DNA from: a virus
Virus record (IMG/VR): IMGVR_UViG_3300030108_003282
Location: 1 to 64,000 of that record
Length of the DNA: 64,000 nt
Strand: one strand, 5' to 3'
In this document: positions 1 through 8,826 of the stretch, one piece after another
How positions within the stretch are numbered: position 1 is the stretch's first letter
How the letters are laid out: the number at the start of each line of letters is the position of its first letter
Notes under the pieces: generated by a model
Told to the model about the DNA's origin: nothing
The model's database searches: none
The model's input: only the letters and a program-made list of their open reading frames with translations
Made by a program: the position numbers and the translations under genes

Positions 1-63
1 GAAAGAAGGCCAAGAAAGAGGCCAAGTTGAAGGCGAAGTTGCAGAAGTTGAGAGGCGAAAAAG

Positions 64-726
64 ATGGAAAACAATGAACACAAAGATTGGACAAATACTG
101 AATCATTGAAAGAATCGAGACTAATGGTTGAAAAAACCATTACTCAGTCTTTTGATACGATTTTACAGAATCATCTTAAATCTTGTAAAGGCCCAAAAGA
201 AGATATTCTTGATGTGGCTATGCATGATTTAGATTTTCATCAGGTAATTTGGGAATGTTCTACTGTAATGCTTCCAGGATTAGAAGTTCAGGTGGTTATT
301 GACGGTAAGAACAATTGTTTTGTTTCTACTGGAAGTCCAGGATATGTTGAGTTTTTTGAGCCACCAATGGGAATGACTCTTCCTATTCGTTGTTGGATTC
401 ATACTCATCCATTTGGTGCTGCTTATTTTAGTGGAACTGATATTCGGACTGTTTCACAATGGCGACCAATTATGGAAACTGCTTATGTTCTTGGAGGAGA
501 AGGCCACTATGGTTTTTGGTCGCAAAAAGAACCAGAACAACTTGAAATCTACAAAAACAATAAGTCGTTTGAAATTCAAACTTGGGGTGATGAGAAGATT
601 GTAGTCTGCACTTTCTGTGAAACAGAAGTAAATGATGATTTGGGCTATTATACTTGTAATGAGTGTAAAAACTACGATGGAATCATAACTGTGAGTAAAA
701 AAGAATGGTATGGTGAAGAAGAATGA
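64..726 (+). CDS. JAB/MPN+ (JAMM) metalloprotease with C-terminal zinc ribbon
   Basis: E...HTHPFGAAYFSGTD fits JAMM HxH-x7-S-x2-D; C-terminal CTFC...CNEC. Confidence 0.85.
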   Translation: MENNEHKDWTNTESLKESRLMVEKTITQSFDTILQNHLKSCKGPKEDILDVAMHDLDFHQVIWECSTVMLPGLEVQVVIDGKNNCFVSTGSPGYVEFFEPPMGMTLPIRCWIHTHPFGAAYFSGTDIRTVSQWRPIMETAYVLGGEGHYGFWSQKEPEQLEIYKNNKSFEIQTWGDEKIVVCTFCETEVNDDLGYYTCNECKNYDGIITVSKKEWYGEEE

Positions 727-1145
727 ACATGAAGCAGTGGAATAAATTAACTGATGAAGAACGAGAACAAATCCTTGCAGACTTGCGGAAGAAATGGCCT
801 CGTTTCAAAAACACTCACCCTCGCCAAGAAAAATCAACTACTGGTGGTTGGAAAGACGTTCAATTAAAAGACTTTATTTTTTGTATGGATAAAGGTCTTT
901 TTTTCTCTTGGCGTGAGTTTAAGCAAGAATATGAAACTCAAAGATTTGCAGAACTTAAGGAAGACATGCTCGATTCTACTTTCTGGAAAAACTATGAAAA
1001 GAAATTTCCATATGTGGTCGAAATAATTCAAGAAGTCGTTAATTCTCGAAGAATGGGCTTTGAAAAAACACAAACATTCATCCGTCTTATGTTAAACAGT
1101 TTTTGTCCAGACGGGTGGCCCTTTAGAAGAGGTGAAGAAGAATGA
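723..1145 (+). CDS. hypothetical protein
   Basis: ATGA-coupled to upstream gene, GGTGA SD. Confidence 0.7.
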   Translation: MNMKQWNKLTDEEREQILADLRKKWPRFKNTHPRQEKSTTGGWKDVQLKDFIFCMDKGLFFSWREFKQEYETQRFAELKEDMLDSTFWKNYEKKFPYVVEIIQEVVNSRRMGFEKTQTFIRLMLNSFCPDGWPFRRGEEE

Positions 1146-1432
1146 AAGGAAAACCAATAAAAAGAGGATTAAGCACAGCCGCAAAGTATCAGGAAAGGCC
1201 AATGCCATTTGAACAAATGACTGTTCTTGAAAGAAGGGAAAGACACATGAAAAACCACCCAAACGATAAAAACCAAAAGCGTAAAGATAAGGGTATTACT
1301 TGGTCAAAGAAGACAGAGCGAGATAAAATGCTCAAACAGTTTTACAAAACTCATGTTTATACCTTTGTTGATGAAAATGATGTTTCTAAGAAGCGTTGGA
1401 TTCGTATTGCAGGATATGGTGAAGAAGAATGA
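1142..1432 (+). CDS. basic hypothetical protein
   Basis: ATGA-coupled, GGTGA SD. Confidence 0.7.
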   Translation: MKGKPIKRGLSTAAKYQERPMPFEQMTVLERRERHMKNHPNDKNQKRKDKGITWSKKTERDKMLKQFYKTHVYTFVDENDVSKKRWIRIAGYGEEE

Positions 1433-1647
1433 AAGCGGTAGGTAATTTTGCTATTATTAAATTAGAGAACTCAGTATCAAGTTTAGGCATTCAAGTTAAA
1501 ACGGATGGAAAAGGACTTGTCCATTCATGTCCAAGTATTCCTGATATTGAAGGAAAGACCGTTCTTTTTGATGATAGGCATAGACACATCACTCATGAGG
1601 AATTTATTTTTGTTCCTACTGAGAATATTTTAGGGGTGTTTGAATGA
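1429..1647 (+). CDS. groES: GroES-like co-chaperonin (short)
   Basis: MKAVGNFAII...SLGI...G-x-V...GKTVLF...ENILGV resembles Cpn10; lies just upstream of GroEL. Confidence 0.7.
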   Translation: MKAVGNFAIIKLENSVSSLGIQVKTDGKGLVHSCPSIPDIEGKTVLFDDRHRHITHEEFIFVPTENILGVFE

Positions 1648-1736
1648 TTAAAGATTTGACAGATGAAGAGAAAAGCAAGTGGAAAAAGGCTATCCGCAAA
1701 GTAAAAGAAGATTTGAAAAAGAAAGAGGAGGAATGA
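1644..1736 (+). CDS. 30-aa charged peptide MIKDLTDEEKSKWKKAIRKVKEDLKKKEEE (not in ORF track)
   Basis: ATGA overlaps at both ends; fills the groES-groEL gap exactly. Confidence 0.55.
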   Translation: MIKDLTDEEKSKWKKAIRKVKEDLKKKEEE

Positions 1737-3229
1737 TTTTGATTATTAAAGGTAAAGAAGTCAAAGAAAAACTACTACAAGGAATCAATTTGGTCGCTGA
1801 TACGGTTAAGCCAACACTAGGGCCACAAGCAAAAACAGTTATTTTGCAGGGTAATCCTCCTGTTGTGATTAATGACGGTGTAACGATTACAAAATACGTT
1901 TCCCATGAAGACCCTTATGTTCAAATGGGAGTTCAATTAGTTCAGAATCTTGCCAGTAAAGCGCAGGATTCATCAGGCGATGGAACAACAACGGCTTGTA
2001 TTTTAGCACAGGCTTTTTGTAATAATTTGTATAACAATCCTCCAAAAGAAAGCGTTCATCAGTTTAATGAGTTGATGGAGAGTCTAAAGGAATTTACAAT
2101 TAATTGGCTTGATGAAATTTCTCTCGAAGTTAGAGACATTGATATTAAGAATGTTGCCACGATTGCATCAAATAATGATTCGCATTTAGGCGAACTAATC
2201 CAATCGGCTTTATCTAAAGTAGGAAGAGACGGTGTAGTTACTGTTGAAGAATCAAATAATTATCAAACGCAATTAATTCTCCGTGAAGGTATGGAAATTC
2301 AAGAAGGATTTTTAAGCCATCTTATGTGTAATACAGAAAGTGGCAAGGTTGAATTTGATAATCCTATTATATTTATGTCAAACATGGGATTGAGGCAATT
2401 TAAGGACATTATGCCCCTTCTTGAGTATTCCGCAAGCCAAAGCCGACCTCTTCTAATTATATGTAAAGGAATGGATGGTTCAGCACTTAACAATCTTTTG
2501 ATGAATGTCATGAATAAAACTGTTGAATGTGCAGTAATTCTTGCACCGAACTTTGGTGATGCTCAAATTGATGAGTTGGGAGATATTCAATCATTAGTTG
2601 GTGGAAAGGTTTTCATTGATGAAACAAAAGATGATGCTAAATTATTTACAGAAAGCGATTTAGGTACTTGTGCTAAAGTTGTAATTACAAAAGAAACAAC
2701 AACATTTGTTGGTGGTGAAGGAGACACTAAGGAAAGAATTTCTTCATTAAAAGAGCAGGTTAAAGAACTAAAGGGGCATGAATTGGCTAGAATTAAATCA
2801 AGAGTTGCCCGTTTAAATGGCGGTGTTGCGACAATTAAGGTTGGTGCTTCATCTTCCATTGAAATGCGAGAAAAGAAAGAAAGACTTGATGATGCACTTC
2901 ACGCAACAAAGGCTGCTTTAGAAGAAGGTATTGTTGTTGGCGGAGGTAATGCGTTTTATAGATTATCATTTAGACCTTTACCAGAATGGTTTAGAGAGGC
3001 GTTATTAGAACCGATGAAAACACTTATGCAAAATGGCGGAATTAATTCAAGTATTCCTTCACCTCTTGCTACTGATGAAGGTTTCAATGCTCTTACTGGT
3101 GAATTTGAAAATCTTGCAGATGTAGGAGTTTTTGACCCAGTAAAGGTTGCTAAAAATAGTTTCTTGGCTGCTTTGTCAATTGCTCAGTTGTTCTATTCAA
3201 CAGATGTTGCAGTATTATTGGAGAAATAA
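1733..3229 (+). CDS. groEL: Group I chaperonin GroEL
   Basis: TLGP, NDGVTI, GDGTTTA, EMREKKERLDDALHATKAALEEGIVVGGG, DPVKV; start moved to the ATG after GGAGG. Confidence 0.95.
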   Translation: MILIIKGKEVKEKLLQGINLVADTVKPTLGPQAKTVILQGNPPVVINDGVTITKYVSHEDPYVQMGVQLVQNLASKAQDSSGDGTTTACILAQAFCNNLYNNPPKESVHQFNELMESLKEFTINWLDEISLEVRDIDIKNVATIASNNDSHLGELIQSALSKVGRDGVVTVEESNNYQTQLILREGMEIQEGFLSHLMCNTESGKVEFDNPIIFMSNMGLRQFKDIMPLLEYSASQSRPLLIICKGMDGSALNNLLMNVMNKTVECAVILAPNFGDAQIDELGDIQSLVGGKVFIDETKDDAKLFTESDLGTCAKVVITKETTTFVGGEGDTKERISSLKEQVKELKGHELARIKSRVARLNGGVATIKVGASSSIEMREKKERLDDALHATKAALEEGIVVGGGNAFYRLSFRPLPEWFREALLEPMKTLMQNGGINSSIPSPLATDEGFNALTGEFENLADVGVFDPVKVAKNSFLAALSIAQLFYSTDVAVLLEK

Positions 3230-3231
3230 AT

Positions 3232-3633
3232 ATGGTAAAGAAAGGTAATTATACTTGTAGGTATTGTGATAAAAAATATAAGCGTGGAAAATACACTTCT
3301 TGTTGTAATCAATGTGCTCAAACTAAAGACTATTGTTTAACCGATAGTTGTAATAACTCTTCAATTTTACTAGATGGATATACTATGAAAGGCTATCCTA
3401 AAATTGAAGGAAAAACAATTTTATTAGGCGATGTTAAGGACAAAGCATTTAATTTTTGTATTGATAATAATAAAGATAGCACTTGGTTGTTTAACCATTG
3501 TCCTTCTTGCTTTGAAAAAGTAATTGGCGTTGAAGAACAAGACCATGAACTTGCGATTAAAATGTTAGACATGACTCTTAAAGAACAAATGATGGCTGAT
3601 AGTAAAAACCAATGGAGGAAAAGAAATGCTTGA
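3232..3633 (+). CDS. Cys-rich (zinc-binding) hypothetical protein
   Basis: CRYC, CCNQC, CPSC. Confidence 0.65.
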   Translation: MVKKGNYTCRYCDKKYKRGKYTSCCNQCAQTKDYCLTDSCNNSSILLDGYTMKGYPKIEGKTILLGDVKDKAFNFCIDNNKDSTWLFNHCPSCFEKVIGVEEQDHELAIKMLDMTLKEQMMADSKNQWRKRNA

Positions 3634-3745
3634 AGATTGTCCACGATGTAAAAGAAGAATCAAACAATCCGATAGATATTTTTTACGAAGATATGGGGTT
3701 TGTGAAGAGTGTGTTAAAATAATGAGGTTGGGTAAGCATGAATAA
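3626..3745 (+). CDS. 39-aa zinc-finger peptide (not in track)
   Basis: MLEDCPRC...CEEC, GGAGG SD, overlaps both neighbours. Confidence 0.55.
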   Translation: MLEDCPRCKRRIKQSDRYFLRRYGVCEECVKIMRLGKHE

Positions 3746-4139
3746 GAAAAAGGCAATTACTGTTATTTTACCTGCCCCACATAAAGCAAGAGTTAAATGT
3801 CCCATTTGTTTAGGAAATAAATGCAAAGTTTGTGATATGACAGGAGAGTTGGCTATTGAAGTTGCTCCAAAGATTCCTATTCAAAGAGCGCACATTATTA
3901 AGTATGTTGCTGAAAATATGCATGAAATAGCAAAGGAAATAACCAAGAAATATGGTTTAGTTCCTGAAATTAATACTGCGGAAGTTTTAGAAGTGAATGA
4001 CGGACAATTTGAAATCGTTCAAATTTCAAGCCTCGGTGGTGTTTGTTGGGTGGTTAATCGTCTTGATGAATTAGATACACCAAGATATTTTACCTCAAAA
4101 CGAGAACTTGACAAGTTTAAACAGGGGTGGATGAATTGA
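3738..4139 (+). CDS. protein with DnaJ-like zinc knuckle
   Basis: CPICLG..CKVCDMTG. Confidence 0.65.
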   Translation: MNKKKAITVILPAPHKARVKCPICLGNKCKVCDMTGELAIEVAPKIPIQRAHIIKYVAENMHEIAKEITKKYGLVPEINTAEVLEVNDGQFEIVQISSLGGVCWVVNRLDELDTPRYFTSKRELDKFKQGWMN

Positions 4140-4348
4140 CAGATGAATTAGAAGTCAAAGGAACAATAGTCCGTAATGCTGAATTGGACTGTAAAATAAA
4201 GCGTGGTGTCTATTGGAATATAGAGGTCATGGATATTCGTTGGTATCGTAATGACAAACCAACAAATAAAGGCATTCGTTTGAATGTTGATGAAGCAAAA
4301 TTGTTATTACAAATTTTAAGGAGAGAATTAGATGAAGAGAGTAAGTGA
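4127..4348 (+). CDS. PC4/YdbC-like ssDNA-binding protein
   Basis: MDIRWY...KPTNKGIRL matches the PC4 DIR...PTxKGIxL signature. Confidence 0.8.
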   Translation: MDELTDELEVKGTIVRNAELDCKIKRGVYWNIEVMDIRWYRNDKPTNKGIRLNVDEAKLLLQILRRELDEESK

Positions 4349-4610
4349 TGTTCAATCAAAGAAAAGCCTACGGGCAGCAAATGAAGATAGACAATACGGG
4401 CATAATGCTGTTCCCCGTTTTGGAAACTGTGCTGGAAAAATTATTGATTTATTCGCACAATATGTTGAAGATAGTATGACTATTCCACCTAAAGGCGGAA
4501 GAGGTTGCCGTGTTCAAAAAGAACACATTGATTTGTGTTTTGGTAAGTTTTATCAGGCTATGAGAGAATTTATGGATAATGAAAAGAAAGGTGAAGAAAA
4601 TGAACAATGA
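4332..4610 (+). CDS. putative histone-fold protein
   Basis: short helix, long helix, then RVQKEHIDL, resembling the L2/alpha3 TIKAEDIEL or RIxPRHL motif. Confidence 0.45.
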   Translation: MKRVSDVQSKKSLRAANEDRQYGHNAVPRFGNCAGKIIDLFAQYVEDSMTIPPKGGRGCRVQKEHIDLCFGKFYQAMREFMDNEKKGEENEQ

Positions 4611-5235
4611 ATACAATAAAATTAGACAATACTTAAAGAATACTCAACCAGATGTTCTTGAAAGTTATGACGCATGGGATGAAGAACAAAAGGCTCTTAA
4701 GATAAAGGAAGAAATTACTTTGCTAAAAGCAAAGAGAAGAAATATGATTGGTTTCTACAAGGAGAACTATTGGGATGATGAAATTGAATATGAAGTATAT
4801 CCTTCTTTTAATCAGACTATTCACCATAATATGAATTATGTAAAACAATTAATGATTGAATATATTGAATCATTACCAGTAGTTAAATCTTTTAGGGGAG
4901 TTAATCGTTGTCAATTTACTAGGACAAATTCTCCTGATTTAATTGGTCATAAACCAGGTGTATATTACACAGATGGGGAATTTACTATCAACAGTATCAC
5001 TCTTTTACACATTGAATTGTATGAAATCAAACTTCCGCAAAGATTCGTAGATAGAGCAGAAAGAGCAAATTACGACCCCGTTCAAGCAATTAAAGAGTCT
5101 ATTTGGGAAAATCAAGATGAGATTCTCCGAAAAATGTTCGCTGGGAGAGTAAGACATGAGTTAATGATGAATAATCAAAAAATTTTTATTGAGGCTATGT
5201 CTTTGTATGAAAAAGAAAGGAGGGAAGAAGAATGA
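4600..5235 (+). CDS. hypothetical protein
   Basis: long ORF; start at MNNEY after GGTGA. Confidence 0.7.
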   Translation: MNNEYNKIRQYLKNTQPDVLESYDAWDEEQKALKIKEEITLLKAKRRNMIGFYKENYWDDEIEYEVYPSFNQTIHHNMNYVKQLMIEYIESLPVVKSFRGVNRCQFTRTNSPDLIGHKPGVYYTDGEFTINSITLLHIELYEIKLPQRFVDRAERANYDPVQAIKESIWENQDEILRKMFAGRVRHELMMNNQKIFIEAMSLYEKERREEE

Positions 5236-5585
5236 ATAAACTGTATTTAATTACAACTAACAATAAAAAGTTTGATTCTTGGTCAAAGGCGATGAAGAAG
5301 AAACTAAAGGGTATTGCTCTTGAGGCTTTTAGTTCGGGATATAATGAAGTAGTAAATGGAAATTATTTGGCAAGAGCCTCTTTTGTTTGCTATTGGGAAA
5401 TTTATGCAAATGATTCCTTAGCAAGATTAGCACCAGCAATTACCCAAGCATCGTTGATTCATATGTTGCATAGATTCATGGATGCGGGAATGCACGAAGA
5501 AGTGAGGGTTGTTGAGCAATTAATGATGAATTTCTTGCGACTCCTTCAAAGATTAGAAGGAGAGGAAAACAATGAAGAAGAGTGA
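5232..5585 (+). CDS. hypothetical helical protein
   Basis: ATGA-coupled ORF. Confidence 0.7.
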   Translation: MNKLYLITTNNKKFDSWSKAMKKKLKGIALEAFSSGYNEVVNGNYLARASFVCYWEIYANDSLARLAPAITQASLIHMLHRFMDAGMHEEVRVVEQLMMNFLRLLQRLEGEENNEEE

Positions 5586-5814
5586 TTGGATATACTTGGC
5601 AAAAGCCATGTGGGAATATTCAGAAAAAAATGAAGGAAGAGTCAGTAGCCTTCTAAAACAACTGATTAAAGAAATAAATAACAATAAGGAGATGATTGAA
5701 AATGACATGGGAAAATATGAGCAGGATGCTACAAGCAACAGACCAATTGACACCGACTCAACAAATAACTCGAATTTCACGGGACTTGGAGACATTCACG
5801 ACGCAGAAGAGTAA
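5572..5814 (+). CDS. hypothetical protein
   Basis: SD-preceded ORF; its tail overlaps the ligase start. Confidence 0.55.
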   Translation: MKKSDWIYLAKAMWEYSEKNEGRVSSLLKQLIKEINNNKEMIENDMGKYEQDATSNRPIDTDSTNNSNFTGLGDIHDAEE

Positions 5815-7243
5815 TCCTTCTTTGGTTTTGCAGATTCTTGACAAAGATAAACTGGAAGCAAATAATCTTGGTTTAGCCAAAGCAAAAAAGTGGATGGCTA
5901 AAATCTTTGATGTTTTTGATGATGAAATTGATGGATTAATGTATGCTCACGATGATTTAGGAGAAGCAATTTATCATCTTGACCCGTCGGCTGAAAAGCA
6001 ACGAAACTTTTCGGTTCAGTATGTTCATCGTCTTTTGAACATGAATTGTGGAAAGATTGATTCTAATGAGTTTTCAATGATTGAAGAATCAATTTTGGCT
6101 ATGTCTGCAAACGCACGACGCTGGTTTATTCGCTATATGCTCAGAACTCCGAGAAACGGAATCAATGAAGGAACAGTAGCGAAGATTATTGCTAAATATT
6201 ACAATACGAGACAAGCAGTTGTAAAGAAACATTTGAATTTTAATTCTGTTGAAGTAGTTTGTCAGTATTATTCTAACTATTTAGAACCTCCTTGTGATTT
6301 AACTTACGGAAAGTTTGTAAAACCAATGCTTGCTAAGGAAGTTCCGATGAATAAATGGCCGACTGATTTTGTTGTTGATTACAAATACGATGGAAACAGA
6401 TACCAGATTCATATTGATGGCAACAAAACTATGATTTTTAATCGTAAAGGTAAAATTGTAACTCAGCAATTCCCCGATGTTGTTGAATTGGTTCAAGCAT
6501 ATGACATTCAAAACGCTGTTCTTGATGGTGAAATCTATCCTATCTTGGAAAATGGCTCTCCTGCCCCACACAAAACAATGGGAACAAGGGTTCATTCAAA
6601 GAATGTTCAAGAGGCTATGGAACGAGTCAAAGTAGAATGGGTTATTTTTGATTGTCTGATGCTCAATAACGAAACAGTCATGGATTTATCATATACAGAA
6701 CGATTGGAGAAGATGAAAGACCTTCCTAATCAAGCACACCGTATCACCGAAGGCGACATTATGGCCTTTTACCATGAAGCAATCAACGAAGGGTTTGAAG
6801 GAATCATCGTTAAAGATGCAAGCCAACCTTATCAATCAGGAAAACGCTCCGTTTCTTGGGCTAAATACAAACCTCCGCAGATAAACTTGGATGTTGTTAT
6901 CCTTTCCGCAAAATATGGAGAAGGAAAACGAGCCAATGTCTTCGGCACTTTTGAATTAGGTGTGAAGGCTGATAATGGTTTTCATAGCGTCGGTTGGTGT
7001 GGAACAGGCTTCTCGGATAGCGATTTAGTCCAATTGACCAACACGCTTCGTCGTAATGTTGAATCGTTTGAGAACGGACAATTCTTTGTTTCACCCGTAG
7101 TTATTCTTGAAGTTAAGGCTGATTTAGTTAGTCGTGATGCTAAAAATAATTTAGGGCTTAGATTCCCTCGTTGTATTCGTATTCGTGATGATAAGTTTGT
7201 TGCGGATATTAATACCTTGAAAGATGTGGAGAGATTAGAATGA
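5702..7243 (+). CDS. lig: ATP-dependent DNA ligase (replication arm)
   Basis: PMLA, KYDG, LDGE, FDCL, EGIIVK, WAKYK, LRFPR. Confidence 0.95.
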   Translation: MTWENMSRMLQATDQLTPTQQITRISRDLETFTTQKSNPSLVLQILDKDKLEANNLGLAKAKKWMAKIFDVFDDEIDGLMYAHDDLGEAIYHLDPSAEKQRNFSVQYVHRLLNMNCGKIDSNEFSMIEESILAMSANARRWFIRYMLRTPRNGINEGTVAKIIAKYYNTRQAVVKKHLNFNSVEVVCQYYSNYLEPPCDLTYGKFVKPMLAKEVPMNKWPTDFVVDYKYDGNRYQIHIDGNKTMIFNRKGKIVTQQFPDVVELVQAYDIQNAVLDGEIYPILENGSPAPHKTMGTRVHSKNVQEAMERVKVEWVIFDCLMLNNETVMDLSYTERLEKMKDLPNQAHRITEGDIMAFYHEAINEGFEGIIVKDASQPYQSGKRSVSWAKYKPPQINLDVVILSAKYGEGKRANVFGTFELGVKADNGFHSVGWCGTGFSDSDLVQLTNTLRRNVESFENGQFFVSPVVILEVKADLVSRDAKNNLGLRFPRCIRIRDDKFVADINTLKDVERLE

Positions 7244-7635
7244 GTGAAGAACACGCAAGTTGGAATGTAAAGTATATGCCCGATACTTTTGGGCGACCTC
7301 AAAAGATTTCTAAGATGAGTATTAAGCAGGTTGATAATCGTATTAGAAATACTAAAATGAGATTAAAAGCCAATAAATCTTGGTTAGATGGTCTTTATCA
7401 AAGAAGGGCTGTCTTAATGCTAAAAGCAGGAGACGTTGATTATCAACGAAAAAACACCAATGAGAAAATTATTCAAACTTTACAGTTAAGAAAGGACTTG
7501 GACACAGAAGAAGCCAAAGAAACTTACAATAGTAAATTGAAGGCTATTCTTCTTACTGCATTAGATTTCTTAGAGAGGGATAGACCCCTACCATTAATTA
7601 AAGCACTTCTTGAACAAGCGAGGGATGAATTATGA
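7240..7635 (+). CDS. hypothetical coiled-coil protein
   Basis: coupled ORF. Confidence 0.65.
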   Translation: MSEEHASWNVKYMPDTFGRPQKISKMSIKQVDNRIRNTKMRLKANKSWLDGLYQRRAVLMLKAGDVDYQRKNTNEKIIQTLQLRKDLDTEEAKETYNSKLKAILLTALDFLERDRPLPLIKALLEQARDEL

Positions 7636-8075
7636 TACAACAAGGAGAAATGACAATTATCGATGCAGTTACATATAGATGTTTAAAAATTGATGATGAA
7701 GGATATGCTCATCTTAAGAATATTTTACATGAACAAGGGCGACCTAAATTAGTTCTACAAAAGTATTGCCCATACATCAAAGATAATCAAATCGTTATTC
7801 CTGAGAAGCCAGTATATGAAAGACCAAAACCTACTACAAAAATTAGTATCACAAAGTTAATTCGTGAAAATACTAATTTTCAAGTTTCAAATAGCGCAAG
7901 GTATTTTATTACAGAATGGGTTGAAACGGCAATTGGCAACATGATAGCAAACGCAGAAGAAAACGCTATAAACAGGGGCGACTCACGCATAACCGAAGCA
8001 CACTTCTTTTGGCTTGAGACTAATAACGCACCTAATGGATATTGGCCCGAAAATAAGGAATATATGCAGGACTGA
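7632..8075 (+). CDS. two-domain protein with C-terminal archaeal histone fold
   Basis: ISITKLIRENTNFQVSNSARYFITEWVETAIGNMIANAEENAINRGDSRITEAHF aligns by eye without gaps to HMf-type IGRIIK...RVSDDAR...A...A...G..TIKAEDI. Confidence 0.65.
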   Translation: MIQQGEMTIIDAVTYRCLKIDDEGYAHLKNILHEQGRPKLVLQKYCPYIKDNQIVIPEKPVYERPKPTTKISITKLIRENTNFQVSNSARYFITEWVETAIGNMIANAEENAINRGDSRITEAHFFWLETNNAPNGYWPENKEYMQD

Positions 8076-8081
8076 TGTTTT

Positions 8082-8438
8082 ATGTTTAATGACTCTGAAA
8101 TCCAAAATTGGATTCTGGAGTTTGGAACAGCCACCAGTTTTACATTTATTGTTTATGGAGCAATAAGAGAAGAGGAACTTTTTACAATAACTAAAGGATT
8201 GATTATTTTTTTAGACTTAAAAGGATTCAACACGAATGTTGCTGTAGTTGATGAAACTATTGATGAGGATAAAGCAGTCGCTTGGAATACTTTTCAAGGA
8301 ACATCTGTTTCTTTTGTTTTTGCTGGGGATATGCTGGATGCAGAAGAAACTATTAAAGAAGTAGTGTTAGACGGGCTTAAATATCTAAGATACAAAAACG
8401 ACTATTTAGGATTTTATAGGAGTGATTCTCATGTATAG
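8082..8438 (+). CDS. acidic hypothetical protein
   Basis: ORF within operon. Confidence 0.65.
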   Translation: MFNDSEIQNWILEFGTATSFTFIVYGAIREEELFTITKGLIIFLDLKGFNTNVAVVDETIDEDKAVAWNTFQGTSVSFVFAGDMLDAEETIKEVVLDGLKYLRYKNDYLGFYRSDSHV

Positions 8439-8826
8439 TAAAGATATGTTAATTGGAATCTTACTATCAGCGAGTAAATTAGACTTTAATATTGAAAGAG
8501 CAAAAGACTCACAAATAGGCTATCGTGTAAGAATGAAAATCATCCTTCGTGCTGAAGAATCATTTCTTTTAGCAGTAAAGAGAACGCTTCTTCAACATGA
8601 AATTACTTCTTCTTACAAAGAAAAAGAGTCAAAGACTAGACCTAAACCAATTCTAAAGATTGGCGGTATCAAAAATCTGTATAAATTGACAGAATTGGTT
8701 CCTGATTTACCTGATGCAAAAGGGGAATGGAAAAAATTTAGAGAACTTGTAGAATTAATATCGGAAAATAAACATAGAACATCAAGTGGACTTGATAGAA
8801 TATTAGAAATAAAAGGGGTAATTTAA
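8431..8826 (+). CDS. degenerate single-motif LAGLIDADG-fold protein
   Basis: LIGILLSASK helix, GYRVR strand, KFRELVELI..NKHRT.SGL.RILEIK tail typical of I-CreI-like enzymes; catalytic acidic residue absent. Confidence 0.6.
   Translation: MYSKDMLIGILLSASKLDFNIERAKDSQIGYRVRMKIILRAEESFLLAVKRTLLQHEITSSYKEKESKTRPKPILKIGGIKNLYKLTELVPDLPDAKGEWKKFRELVELISENKHRTSSGLDRILEIKGVI

Noticed and set aside
712-1432. C-terminal GEEE as a protein-level signal
   Set aside because: Fully explained by the SD plus ATGA overlap at nucleotide level.
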